Virus record (IMG/VR): IMGVR_UViG_3300033153_011579
Reading direction: 5' to 3' (one strand)
Source: a virus
Taxonomy: Duplodnaviria > Heunggongvirae > Uroviricota > Caudoviricetes
Length of the DNA: 64,000 nt
Each line of letters starts with the position of its first letter. Position 1 is the first letter of the stretch. Made by a program: the position numbers and the translations under genes. This document shows, piece after piece, positions 16,488 to 25,119 of this stretch. The notes beneath the pieces are model-generated. The model was not told the DNA's origin, searched no databases, and saw nothing but the letters and a program-made list of their open reading frames with translations.

Positions 16488-17191
16488 TCCGATACGCAGC
16501 GAGTGTACTGAGACTCGGTCTTGAGAGACCCCCACACATAGGCCTCGGAGAACAGGACGCCCCAGGCGTACGCCGGGTTGTTCCCGGGCGAGCTCGACCA
16601 GTGGTACGACCAGCACGGACCGACAAGGTCATCCCCCCAGTAGCACCCGTCCGACCCGGGGCCTTCCAATTCGGCGCACGGATCGCAGTCGGGACCCTCC
16701 GCGCACGGATTCGTCAGGCAGTCGGGGTCGGTCACCCCGCAGTCTACCGACGCGCAGCCGACGATGATTCCCGACAGCTCCTGGATCAGCGGGAGTCGCC
16801 AGTCGTCGCCGAGGGCCTCGCAGTAGTCGACCGCGTCGACCCAGAGCATGAGCTCGGTGCTCGGCGGGTTCTCCCAGCAGAGGTCGCCGTCTAGCCAGCA
16901 GGTGGCCGTGTCGGTATCGGTGTCGGTATCGGTGTCGGTGTCGGTATCGATCACTGTTTCCGTATTGGTTTCGGTATCTTGCGTGTCTGTGTCGATCACG
17001 GTGTCCGTGTCGGTGTCCGTATCGGTCTCGGTGTCGGTGTCACCGTCGGTGTCCGTGTCCGTGTCGGTGTCCGAATCGACGTCCGTGTCGGTGTCGCCGG
17101 CGTCCGGCTCCATGAACGGAGCCTCGGTATCGCCGCAGGCCATCACAATTGCGAATATCCAAATATATCTCATCCTACATCTCCTCCCCAT
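16484..17191 (-). CDS. lipoprotein with a long Thr-Asp (TD) dipeptide repeat and a C-terminal DUF1566-like domain
   Basis: Signal peptide + lipobox (AIVMAC); (TD)n; C-terminal WRLPLIQEL...YWSSS...AWGVLFSEAYVWG...TRCV resembles the DUF1566 signature. Confidence 0.5.
   Translation of the reverse strand: MGRRCRMRYIWIFAIVMACGDTEAPFMEPDAGDTDTDVDSDTDTDTDTDGDTDTETDTDTDTDTVIDTDTQDTETNTETVIDTDTDTDTDTDTDTATCWLDGDLCWENPPSTELMLWVDAVDYCEALGDDWRLPLIQELSGIIVGCASVDCGVTDPDCLTNPCAEGPDCDPCAELEGPGSDGCYWGDDLVGPCWSYHWSSSPGNNPAYAWGVLFSEAYVWGSLKTESQYTRCVSD
16905..17100 (-). repeat. tandem 6/12-bp nucleotide repeat (GTGTCGGTATCG-like) encoding the TD repeat
   Basis: Visible periodicity. Confidence 0.8.
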
Positions 17192-17420
17192 GCTGCAGAG
17201 CTCTCAGGGCCTCCCCGAGGTCCATGAACTCCTCGACCAGGCTGACGTCACCGTCCTCGCCGCCGGGTGCCCAAAGGTCGTACGTCCGGCTCGTCTTGTC
17301 GAATATCACGAAGTCGTCCGGCTCGACCGCCTCGAACACGCCGTCCTTGACGACCCCGGTCACCCGGTACTTCCGGCCTCTCTCGTGAGGATCGCTACTG
17401 AACCAAAATCCAATTTTCAT
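17175..17420 (-). CDS. hypothetical protein (81 aa)
   Basis: ORF with GC3 bias, overlapping the lipoprotein start. Confidence 0.4.
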   Translation of the reverse strand: MKIGFWFSSDPHERGRKYRVTGVVKDGVFEAVEPDDFVIFDKTSRTYDLWAPGGEDGDVSLVEEFMDLGEALRALQHGEEM

Positions 17421-17596
17421 CTCAAACTCCTATGCTCACGGGCTCGAGGGAGAGACAGGCCCCCCGGAGAACGACGACCGAGGCGAAGGCAGAAAGCCGC
17501 TGGTCAGACGGCAACCCCGACCGCTTTACAGGCGACCCGTCACTCCATCCAACCCGTGAGGTACTTCGTACATGTGTGATTTTGCGCTTCGGCATC

Positions 17597-18598
17597 CTAA
17601 AAAGGCGTCTTCCGCTCTGCTGCAGCCCTGATCATACCGTCTATCTCGCTCTTCAGCCACTCTCGCTCTCGCTCGGTCGGCTCCCGCCCCTTCACGCGGC
17701 CCGTGAACCACCCCAAATCGGCCTCCCAGTCGTACTCGTCGGCGAACACCCGGACCACCTGCAGCATCCGGTCTTTTACGTGCGCTCGAGTCAACCTCCC
17801 GCGGGAGATCGGCGCAGGCTTCTCCAGCGTCGCCATCAGCCCGCTAGCGGGTATGTATTCCTCGGACTCGTCCGGCTCGTCCTCTGAGGCCTCGTCGGGC
17901 TCGAGAGGCTCAGAATCGCCCTGAGGGGCGCTAGCGCCCTCTTTACATTGTTCACTAACACTGGAATCGGCGTTGACCGCGTTGATCAGGACAACGTGAT
18001 CGTCCAGCTTGTGCCAGAACGCTTGGACGAGTCCAGAGCACATCGCCTCGTCGAGCTTCTCGTCGTCCTCTTGCAGGCCGGACATCATGACCCGCCGAGT
18101 GTCAGGGTAGGTCGCCTCGATCTCACTCAGCAGACCGAGACCAGACATCCCAGGCATCTCGAAGTCGGTGATGACCACGTCGAACGTCCCGAGCTTGTTG
18201 ATGAGCATGATCGCCTGACTCGCCGAGCTCGCCTGGGTCGTCTCCCAGTCTTTGGGGAGAAGCCGGCAGACCGTCCGCCGCATGATGTCCTCGTCGTCGA
18301 CCACGAGGATGCGCAGGCGTCTCTTCGACGTCCTGGCTTCCGGAGGGTTGGTCCAGGCCCGGCACTCGCGAGCGAGGTTGACGTTCCCAACGCGCTCGGA
18401 GGTCGCGTAGACCGTCTCGATCACGGACTGCCAGAGGCCGCTGCAGGACTCGGGAGGTCCCCAGATCTCCTTCGGCCCAGCTCCCTCGATGGAGCTCAGC
18501 AGCCGGCCCTTGATCGTCGGGTCGAACAGCCCCTCTTTGAGAAACTGCATCGCGACCTCGCGAAGCTCGGGGTCCAGTGGTCGTCTAGATTTTGTCAT
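17597..18598 (-). CDS. CheY-like receiver (REC) domain protein (333 aa; REC in the middle, unknown N- and C-terminal domains, acidic linker)
   Basis: RILVVDDEDIMRR...FDVVITDFEMPGMSGLGLL...RRVMMSG shows acidic pocket + phosphoacceptor Asp + conserved Lys-region pattern. Confidence 0.6.
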   Translation of the reverse strand: MTKSRRPLDPELREVAMQFLKEGLFDPTIKGRLLSSIEGAGPKEIWGPPESCSGLWQSVIETVYATSERVGNVNLARECRAWTNPPEARTSKRRLRILVVDDEDIMRRTVCRLLPKDWETTQASSASQAIMLINKLGTFDVVITDFEMPGMSGLGLLSEIEATYPDTRRVMMSGLQEDDEKLDEAMCSGLVQAFWHKLDDHVVLINAVNADSSVSEQCKEGASAPQGDSEPLEPDEASEDEPDESEEYIPASGLMATLEKPAPISRGRLTRAHVKDRMLQVVRVFADEYDWEADLGWFTGRVKGREPTEREREWLKSEIDGMIRAAAERKTPF

Positions 18599-18631
18599 TT
18601 CCGCTCTCTTTCTGCCGGAACCACCCGGCTG
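18597..18631 (-). promoter_or_regulatory. leftward hairpin-SD element copy 1 (mRNA sense AGCCGGGTGGTTCCGGCAGAAAGAGAGCGGAAATG)
   Basis: One of four near-identical copies, each ending at a start codon. Confidence 0.75.
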
Positions 18632-18633
18632 AT

Positions 18634-18861
18634 TTAGTCGCGCTCGACCGTGACGTCTTCCGCGTCGTAGGTGTGACCGAGGTCTTCCATCTCCATCCCG
18701 ACCTGCTTCTTGAGCTCCTCGTCGCTATCGCTTTGGGTCTGCGACAGGTTCTCGAACGACTCGAGGGCGAGCTGGCCGTCGTCGAGATCGTAACGGACTA
18801 CCCAGCCGCTGTAGTCGTCGGCTTCACCGTCCCAAAGTACTCTGATGTTGCTTGCGATCAT
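18634..18861 (-). CDS. hypothetical acidic protein (75 aa)
   Basis: Preceded by element copy 2. Confidence 0.45.
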   Translation of the reverse strand: MIASNIRVLWDGEADDYSGWVVRYDLDDGQLALESFENLSQTQSDSDEELKKQVGMEMEDLGHTYDAEDVTVERD

Positions 18862-18896
18862 CTTCCGCTCTCTCTCTGCCGGCGACCAGCCGGCGG
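18859..18896 (-). promoter_or_regulatory. leftward hairpin-SD element copy 2 (stem GCCGGC/GCCGGC)
   Basis: Sequence at this position. Confidence 0.7.
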
Positions 18897-18903
18897 TTAT
18901 TCG

Positions 18904-19215
18904 TCAGCTTAAAACCGGCCAGAGCTGGACGTCGAAGATCTCCTCTTGCGTCCTCTGGATGTCTGTGAGGATCTGGTCCTGCTTCGCGAGCGCGGCGTAT
19001 GACTCCTCGTCGCCCTCGGCCTTGTCGGCATCTTCGAACCACGCGCGCCAGTTCTGGTTCGGGGCATCGCCCCACTCGCAGTCGATCGTGATGTCAGGAT
19101 ACAGTCGCGCGATCTCTTCGCCGACTGCCTTGCAGAACCTGTGCATCGACTTCTGGACGTCCATCCCGTCCATGTCGCCCATCGCGTGCTCGTCGATTCT
19201 GATGTGTGCGATCAT
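18904..19215 (-). CDS. hypothetical acidic protein (103 aa)
   Basis: Preceded by element copy 3. Confidence 0.45.
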   Translation of the reverse strand: MIAHIRIDEHAMGDMDGMDVQKSMHRFCKAVGEEIARLYPDITIDCEWGDAPNQNWRAWFEDADKAEGDEESYAALAKQDQILTDIQRTQEEIFDVQLWPVLS

Positions 19216-19248
19216 TTTCCGCTCTCTTTCTGCCGGAACCACCCGGCT
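19213..19248 (-). promoter_or_regulatory. leftward hairpin-SD element copy 3
   Basis: Sequence at this position. Confidence 0.75.
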
Positions 19249-19418
19249 AGTTGTCTTTAGATGCCTTGTTTATATGCGGGTACCACTTCTGCTGCCGAGT
19301 CCACATCTCTAAAACCTCGTCGGATGGTTCCCCGTATATGTCCAAGGAACAATCATTGCACTCGCCTTGCGGACCATATGGCTCTGTCAAACACCCACAC
19401 TCTGGACAACAGTTTTTC
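19248..19418 (-). CDS. small Cys-rich protein (~56 aa; MKNCCPECGCLTEPYGPQGECNDCS...)
   Basis: Preceded by element copy 4; below the 60-aa ORF-track cutoff. Confidence 0.35.
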
Positions 19419-19455
19419 ATTTTTCCGCTCTCTTTCTGGCCGGAACCACCCGGCT
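19418..19455 (-). promoter_or_regulatory. leftward hairpin-SD element copy 4
   Basis: Sequence at this position. Confidence 0.75.
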
Positions 19456-19524
19456 CACCAATTTAGACCCTGCACCCTGCTACATATTCACCACATTCGT
19501 AAGTGGTTGATTTTTCTCACCTTA

Positions 19525-19854
19525 TTAGCTCTTGGCCCGAGGATTCCGGACCTTGGGTTTCCGACCCTGCCGGACGGCTGTCATCCAGGCCTCGAGCTCG
19601 GCGACGAGGGCCTTGCTCTCGCGCAAGGTGTCTCGCTTCATCGGGTTCCCGCGGCTATCCTCTTCCGGGATCCACCGGCCGTACTTGTCCCTGCTGAACA
19701 CGAACCAGAGAGGCCCCCAGTTGAGCGACCTGGACTTCTTCTCGTCGGTCGCCGGCACGTACCCCGATTTTTCGATCTTCCAGTCTGCCGACGGGCAGCC
19801 GATGGACGTGTACTGACCGGCCGCCTTCCTCTTCCATTTGCATGAGTTTTCCAT
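19525..19854 (-). CDS. hypothetical basic protein (109 aa)
   Basis: ORF with GC3 bias. Confidence 0.45.
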   Translation of the reverse strand: MENSCKWKRKAAGQYTSIGCPSADWKIEKSGYVPATDEKKSRSLNWGPLWFVFSRDKYGRWIPEEDSRGNPMKRDTLRESKALVAELEAWMTAVRQGRKPKVRNPRAKS

Positions 19855-19860
19855 GTCTCT

Positions 19861-20076
19861 TTATACCCTCACTGTGGGGTTGGGTTCCAGTCCAATCATC
19901 GACCGGACGTTCGCCGAAGACCCGAGACGGTCGGCCCAGATCTCCGCAGCGTGGTAGTCGCCGCTCGCGTAGGCAATCTGAAACTGTTTGACCGCTTCCT
20001 CGACCAGGGTGTTGGCCAGCTCGACCGCTTCCTCGTCGTTCTTGGGCTCTATCATCATCGCTTCTTCAAAGGTCAT
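19861..20076 (-). CDS. hypothetical protein (71 aa)
   Basis: ORF. Confidence 0.4.
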   Translation of the reverse strand: MTFEEAMMIEPKNDEEAVELANTLVEEAVKQFQIAYASGDYHAAEIWADRLGSSANVRSMIGLEPNPTVRV

Positions 20077-20124
20077 CGTTTTCTCCTGGTTGCCGTGCCT
20101 ACCCTGCTGATGCTCTCGACCGCC

Positions 20125-20526
20125 CTAATGTGACAGCCACTCCAACATTTCATCGAATTTTTTTGCCTCGCCGACCCTTGCGACGCCGTCCATATCGTCG
20201 GTGAACAGCCCGTATTTTCCGGTCTTCGGCGACCACATCGCATACCTGTATCCCCCACCGCGGCTGTCGTAGGTCTCGGTCACCACGGACCAGTGGAACC
20301 GTCGGATGCTGTACTCGATCCGACCGTCATCGAAGTGCTTGGCCAAGATGGCTCTGCCGTGCGGGAGATCGACATCTGGTTTCGACTCTCGAGCCTGAAG
20401 GCGGGTCCTGGACGACCCGTCCTTCTTCTTCTTCCACGAGCTGATGCATCCGGCCATCCTCTCTCTATGGGTCTTTCTGGTCTTCCTGCGCTTCATGCCC
20501 CAGAGGCAATGCAAGCCCGGTGCCAA
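20125..20526 (-). CDS. hypothetical basic protein (133 aa)
   Basis: ORF. Confidence 0.4.
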   Translation of the reverse strand: MAPGLHCLWGMKRRKTRKTHRERMAGCISSWKKKKDGSSRTRLQARESKPDVDLPHGRAILAKHFDDGRIEYSIRRFHWSVVTETYDSRGGGYRYAMWSPKTGKYGLFTDDMDGVARVGEAKKFDEMLEWLSH

Positions 20527-20608
20527 CCAGAAAACTCAATGAAATTACGGGGCGGTCGGCCGGAGAGAGGGGCTGAGGTAAGATCTGTTACCGGGGAGGT
20601 GCGATCGG

Positions 20609-21295
20609 TTACATTCCGGCGATAAAAGCTGGCGGGCCAGCCCGCGCCACCAGGATCGGGCCGATCTTCGATCTCTCCCGCTTCACCTTCCGGGTCCTGA
20701 CCTTGGGGCCGAAGGCCGACGTCTTGCAATTCCCGGCCTGGTAGCAGGAGAGGGTCCCGACCAGGCTCCCGTCGCACTCTTCCTCCTGGCACCTCTTGAG
20801 CTCGTCGGTACCGGCCGAGAGCTGGCCCTCGGACGTCTTCATGTCGTAGCCCTTGGACAGAGCCTTTTTCAGAACCTGCCCGTGGACTTGCATCAGGCCT
20901 TGCTCTCCGTCTTTCCCATCTCGGATCTTTTCGTAAAAGCTCGATTCGTGGTCGACGACGACGGCCACCACGAGCGGGTCGACCCCGCGCTCGTCGGCAA
21001 TCCTGTCGATCATCGCCGCGAGCTTCGGAGCTCGCCGAGCTCTCTTCTGGTTGAGGGTGACCTCGATGCAGGCGTCTCGCCCTGGGCCTTCCTTCCGCTT
21101 CTTGCACGACGCGCTCAGAAAGCGCTTGATATAGTCCTCGACGTGGTCGGCTGTGACGAGTTTTTGGCCTCCCCAGACCGACGGCTCGTCACCAAGACCC
21201 TTCGACTCGGTCGGCCACGGGATCATCCAGATGACGATCACCACGAGGATGGCGATCAGTAAAAATAAAAAGAATCTGCCTCGCTTGTTCAGCAT
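20609..21295 (-). CDS. lytic transglycosylase (SLT domain) with N-terminal membrane anchor
   Basis: VVDHESSFYEK...GEQGLMQV (catalytic Glu-Ser ... GLMQ signature); TM helix FFLFLLIAILVVIVIW. Confidence 0.6.
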   Translation of the reverse strand: MLNKRGRFFLFLLIAILVVIVIWMIPWPTESKGLGDEPSVWGGQKLVTADHVEDYIKRFLSASCKKRKEGPGRDACIEVTLNQKRARRAPKLAAMIDRIADERGVDPLVVAVVVDHESSFYEKIRDGKDGEQGLMQVHGQVLKKALSKGYDMKTSEGQLSAGTDELKRCQEEECDGSLVGTLSCYQAGNCKTSAFGPKVRTRKVKRERSKIGPILVARAGPPAFIAGM

Positions 21296-21319
21296 CCGGT
21301 CCTCCTGGGTTTGGGTTTA

Positions 21320-21333
21320 GGCCCCGCGGGGCC
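21320..21333 (-). promoter_or_regulatory. GC palindrome GGCCCCGCGGGGCC between the stop of 21367-22041 and the SD of the transglycosylase gene
   Basis: Perfect 14-bp palindrome; no U-tract, so not a canonical terminator. Confidence 0.4.
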
Positions 21334-21366
21334 CCGCTACAGATTGGATATTGGTAAGCTCGAGCA

Positions 21367-22041
21367 TCACTTTTTCTTCGGCTTGATCATGTTGGAATAA
21401 ACCCACTCGCCGACCTTGTATAGCACGTAGCCGAGGCTCAGGCCGAGAAGCAGATCGACCGGAGTGAGATCTCCGTCGAGGTCGACGTCCTTCAGACTCG
21501 GGTCGATGTCGACGACCACCTTCTTGTTAGTCCACCTGATCCCAGAATCCTGTTTGTCGGTCAGGAAGTAGTGCGTCTTGAAAAAATAGCCGGACTCCCT
21601 CGCGGTCTTGTTGGTGGCGAAGTTGACAAACTGCTGGCCGAGCTCCTGCTTGAGGCCGCCCTCGGCGAACATCGTCGCGTACATCCTCGCCGACATCGGT
21701 ATCTGGTCCCAGGTCCAGCCCTGGATCTCCTTGCGTCTCGCGATCCGGGCGGGGGTGCAGTGGTCCGGGTTGGCCTTGCACTTCGCTCCGTTCGGATTGA
21801 GCCAGGCCGGGTTCGTCGGCTGTGAGAATTTCCTGATCAGGCTCTTGAACGACCGCCACTTGTTGCCCCACCGGAAGAACCGCAGGAACATCGTCCACGC
21901 GAGCGCAGAGGCCTCAGCACGACCGAGGTGCTTGCCGTACCCGCCCTCGCCGGCCAGCGCCTTCGCAAGCCACAGGACGTCGTCGTCGGTCAGCGTGTAC
22001 GACTTCGAATTATCCTCGTACCGGTAGACTGCTCGAGCCAT
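21367..22041 (-). CDS. hypothetical protein (224 aa)
   Basis: ORF with GC3 bias. Confidence 0.5.
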   Translation of the reverse strand: MARAVYRYEDNSKSYTLTDDDVLWLAKALAGEGGYGKHLGRAEASALAWTMFLRFFRWGNKWRSFKSLIRKFSQPTNPAWLNPNGAKCKANPDHCTPARIARRKEIQGWTWDQIPMSARMYATMFAEGGLKQELGQQFVNFATNKTARESGYFFKTHYFLTDKQDSGIRWTNKKVVVDIDPSLKDVDLDGDLTPVDLLLGLSLGYVLYKVGEWVYSNMIKPKKK

Positions 22042-22192
22042 TTGCTACCTCAAATAGCGGACTGGTCCGCCCACCATGGTCTGAACCCTGGACATTCCAG
22101 GGACGGGTGCTCGTCTCGATGGAGCGCGCAGTTGCCACAAAGGTCTTTCACGATGAAGCTGAGGATCCGCGTGAGGTGGTGGTCGTCCACGA

Positions 22193-22555
22193 CTACTTCC
22201 CCCCGAGGATCCGCTCGATGAACTTCGAGTACGTGGCGGTCTCCTCGCCACCGACCTTCTTGCCGACCATCTTGCCGCCTTTGAAGGCCGCGACGAACGG
22301 AATCGACGTGACCTTGAGCTCGTCCGCCAGGGCGGAGTCCTGCTCGACGTCGACCTCGAGGAACTCCGCGTCATCACGATGCGGACACGCCGCCTTCTGC
22401 AGCTTCGGCCCGGCCTCGATGCAGCTCCCGCAGTTCGGACTGTGGAACTTCACGACCACGGGCTTCTTCGAAGATCGGATCTGCTCCCTTGCCGAGGCCG
22501 AGTTCGACCTCTTCAGAGGCATACAAAATCCCTGGAACTCTTGGTTTAGAGCCAT
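22193..22555 (-). CDS. thioredoxin-fold protein (120 aa)
   Basis: VVVKFHSPNCGSC (CxxC active-site variant) ... SIPFVAAFKGGKMVGKKVG matches thioredoxin topology. Confidence 0.55.
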   Translation of the reverse strand: MALNQEFQGFCMPLKRSNSASAREQIRSSKKPVVVKFHSPNCGSCIEAGPKLQKAACPHRDDAEFLEVDVEQDSALADELKVTSIPFVAAFKGGKMVGKKVGGEETATYSKFIERILGGK

Positions 22556-22577
22556 GTATACTCCGCGTGCGACAAGG

Positions 22578-22826
22578 CTATCCTATTGATCTGAACTTGT
22601 CGAGGGCTTCGGTGAGGAGCTCGTCGTACCGATTCATCGCCTTGGCTCGCGCGTTGAACTCGAGCGACGTGAGCTCTGATAGGTCGACGTCTTGCTGCAG
22701 ACCGAGCTCGACCAGGATTCTGACCGCGCCACCGAAGCTCTCGCCGTTTGCCCCGGCGAACTCCATCACCTTGTTGTAGAGATCGCGCGATAGTCGGATG
22801 CCTGTTGGTGCCGTGTCGCTAGCCAT
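22578..22826 (-). CDS. small hypothetical protein (82 aa)
   Basis: ORF. Confidence 0.4.
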   Translation of the reverse strand: MASDTAPTGIRLSRDLYNKVMEFAGANGESFGGAVRILVELGLQQDVDLSELTSLEFNARAKAMNRYDELLTEALDKFRSIG

Positions 22827-23472
22827 CTTCGTCCACCTTCGTGAAGGTTGTTGCCCAGACCCACGGGTTGACGGCCCAACCGAGCCCGCGGGAGAAGTTG
22901 ATCTGGTCCCACAGTATCGCAAACCAGGCGCGCGGGCTATCGTAACTCTTCTCCCAGTCTGGTGGACAGCCCTCGGCGAGGGCGTCCTCGTCGGTGATGA
23001 CGTCGACCCGCTCGAGCCGGATCTTCTTTATGTCGAGGTCGAGTCTCGAATAGATCCGCTTCATGAACAGCGAGGTGGTCCATGGCCCATCGAATTCCGG
23101 GTCGGTCGCGCGCCAGTAGACGCCAGCTCCACCACCGATACTCCAGTGATAAAAGCATTCTTTGACCCAGTAGTGGTCGCCCGAATCCATCCTCGAATAG
23201 ATCCGGTGGCTGGTCCCTTCGAGACCCCACTCATCGTCGGGGCCGATATACGGGAGGTGCAGGTACGGGCCGCCGTTCCCGGCTGGCGAAGGTCCGCCGT
23301 CGGCGTGTGCGTTGTCCCAATCCCAGAGCTCTCGAGGCTTGAGGTGTTTGTACCACGGGCCGCCATCGAAGTAGGAGTTGATGTTCGTGACGACTCGGCG
23401 CGTCTGCGTCTTCCTGCCGGCGATGATCTGCCTGACCATCTCGTCCTTGAAGAGTATCGGTCGCTCGATCAT
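22819..23472 (-). CDS. conserved phage protein (217 aa) with N-terminal ASCH-like motif (tentative)
   Basis: MIERPILFKDEMVRQIIAGRKTQTRRVV resembles a widespread phage N-terminal beta-barrel motif. Confidence 0.45.
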   Translation of the reverse strand: MIERPILFKDEMVRQIIAGRKTQTRRVVTNINSYFDGGPWYKHLKPRELWDWDNAHADGGPSPAGNGGPYLHLPYIGPDDEWGLEGTSHRIYSRMDSGDHYWVKECFYHWSIGGGAGVYWRATDPEFDGPWTTSLFMKRIYSRLDLDIKKIRLERVDVITDEDALAEGCPPDWEKSYDSPRAWFAILWDQINFSRGLGWAVNPWVWATTFTKVDEDG

Positions 23473-24215
23473 TTTGGAAAATCCTGAGGCCACGGATACT
23501 GCGGGGCCTGCTTGATGAGATTGTCCTTGACAAACACCGGAATATGATGGTCGAGGCACCAGAGACGGATATTCCAGGCCGTCTCTGCCGGGCATTCGAA
23601 CGCGTGCGGCCCAGTCATAGCACCGATTACTACCCAGCCGAGTCCGTCGAGGATCTTCGGGTTGAAGTTCTTCTCGACGAGCGGCTCGAGGCTGATCCAG
23701 TGGATGCCGGCCCTGGTCTCGGCGAGGTCATAGAGGCGATCGTCGGCCTCCCTGTCGTTCGTGGCGCTGACTCCCAGGTGGAGGTTATCGGGCCAGTCGC
23801 CGACGGCGAAGTTCAGCGGCCGCTTCGTCAGCATCAAAAACGTGTGCTGCGGCAGGGCGGTGATGGATTCGAGTATCTTTCGCTGGAGACCGGTCGTGTT
23901 GATCGCCACTTCCTTGGGATCGCCGGTCACTACCCAGCTCTGTGGAGACTCGACGCAGCAGAGGTCGGACATCGACCCGAGGAAGACGCGCTTCGTTTTT
24001 TTAGAACGCGAGAGTTTTGCGAATTCCCTCTCCCAGACGTCCAGGTGGACGGCGGGTGTGAAGGGGGCTAACCCCCTTTGTTTTAATCTCCAGTAAGCTG
24101 TTCCCTTCTTTCCTCCCAGTCTCGCCGCGAAGCGTCGCGCGTAGCAGTATTTACAACCGTTCGTGCAGCCGGTGAACGGGTTTATCGAAATATCGCACCA
24201 TTCGATCTTCGACAT
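23469..24215 (-). CDS. phage Gp37/Gp68-family (DUF5131-like) protein with a CxxxCxxC motif
   Basis: MSKIEWCDISINPFTGCTNGCKYCYA matches the family N-terminus. Confidence 0.55.
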   Translation of the reverse strand: MSKIEWCDISINPFTGCTNGCKYCYARRFAARLGGKKGTAYWRLKQRGLAPFTPAVHLDVWEREFAKLSRSKKTKRVFLGSMSDLCCVESPQSWVVTGDPKEVAINTTGLQRKILESITALPQHTFLMLTKRPLNFAVGDWPDNLHLGVSATNDREADDRLYDLAETRAGIHWISLEPLVEKNFNPKILDGLGWVVIGAMTGPHAFECPAETAWNIRLWCLDHHIPVFVKDNLIKQAPQYPWPQDFPK

Positions 24216-24217
24216 CG

Positions 24218-24652
24218 CTACAGCCTTTCCACGACGGCCGCCATGAGGTCGATGACGGTGTCTCCGAGGTCGTCGATCTGAGTTTTGATCTTTTTGAATT
24301 TCTTTTTGAACGTGTTCGCCGAATCTTCGATGTAGCCGACCCGCGACTTGAGCCGATCGATTTTCTTCTCGATATTGCGGTCTCGCCTCTTGGAAGTCTC
24401 GTCGGCCCGCATGACCTGCTCTCGAAAATTCTGGTAGGCCGGACAGTCCGCCCAGCACTCCGGGCTCATTTTTTGCGATTGGGCCCGAGCTCTCGCTATG
24501 TCTTCGCCCGTCTTCTGTAGCGCCAGCTCGAGAGCGTGGTACCTCCCGAGCAGTACCGACTGCCACTGGAAGAGGAAGAACGACCGGTTCAGAGGCGGCA
24601 TTTTCTTCCACTCGTCGAGTTGGATCTCGGTCAGGTTGAGTTTGAAATCCAT
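24218..24652 (-). CDS. hypothetical coiled-coil protein (144 aa)
   Basis: ORF. Confidence 0.45.
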   Translation of the reverse strand: MDFKLNLTEIQLDEWKKMPPLNRSFFLFQWQSVLLGRYHALELALQKTGEDIARARAQSQKMSPECWADCPAYQNFREQVMRADETSKRRDRNIEKKIDRLKSRVGYIEDSANTFKKKFKKIKTQIDDLGDTVIDLMAAVVERL

Positions 24653-25119
24653 TACAACAACCTCCCTTGACCGTTCCGCTCTTCGTACTTCGCTATGGCC
24701 GCGGTCAGCCGCTGGTTCTCCTCCTCGAGCAGCTCGTTCCGCTCCTCGAGCTCGGCGACGTACGCGAGTAGTTTCTTGCGAGCCATCCTCGCCGGTTTTT
24801 CTGGAACCCTGATCGGTGGCCCGACGACCCAGACGACGGCCGTCCGCTTGGTGGTCGTTTTTCTGGTATTTCCGCTGTCCTTGATCTTCCCAAGGAGTTG
24901 GAGCTCGCGCCGGCGGGGGACCTCGGTGCTCACCGTGATGTCGAGCGCCAGCTGGATCTGCTCGTCGGTGGCCCCGACGTCGCCCATGTAGAGCAGGTGG
25001 CGAAATACCCGGTCGCGGATCGTCGGGGCCTTTTCCGACATCGACTCCGCGGCGTCCAGAGACGTCTCGCTATGAGCCTGGTGCGGGGGCGTCCCGCCGT
25101 ACGGCTGCTCGTGGGTCAT
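24652..25119 (-). CDS. hypothetical protein, possible winged-helix N-terminus + coiled coil (155 aa)
   Basis: RBS AGGAGGG; ATGA overlap with the upstream stop. Confidence 0.4.
   Translation of the reverse strand: MTHEQPYGGTPPHQAHSETSLDAAESMSEKAPTIRDRVFRHLLYMGDVGATDEQIQLALDITVSTEVPRRRELQLLGKIKDSGNTRKTTTKRTAVVWVVGPPIRVPEKPARMARKKLLAYVAELEERNELLEEENQRLTAAIAKYEERNGQGRLL

Noticed and set aside
16115-17579. Plus-strand ORFs 16115-16894 and 16848-17579 (the latter with an SVSVSV repeat), plus 16979-17227.
   Set aside because: They are the reverse-complement shadow of the TD-repeat lipoprotein gene and neighbours. The leftward ORF has the lipoprotein signal, a domain and GC3 bias.
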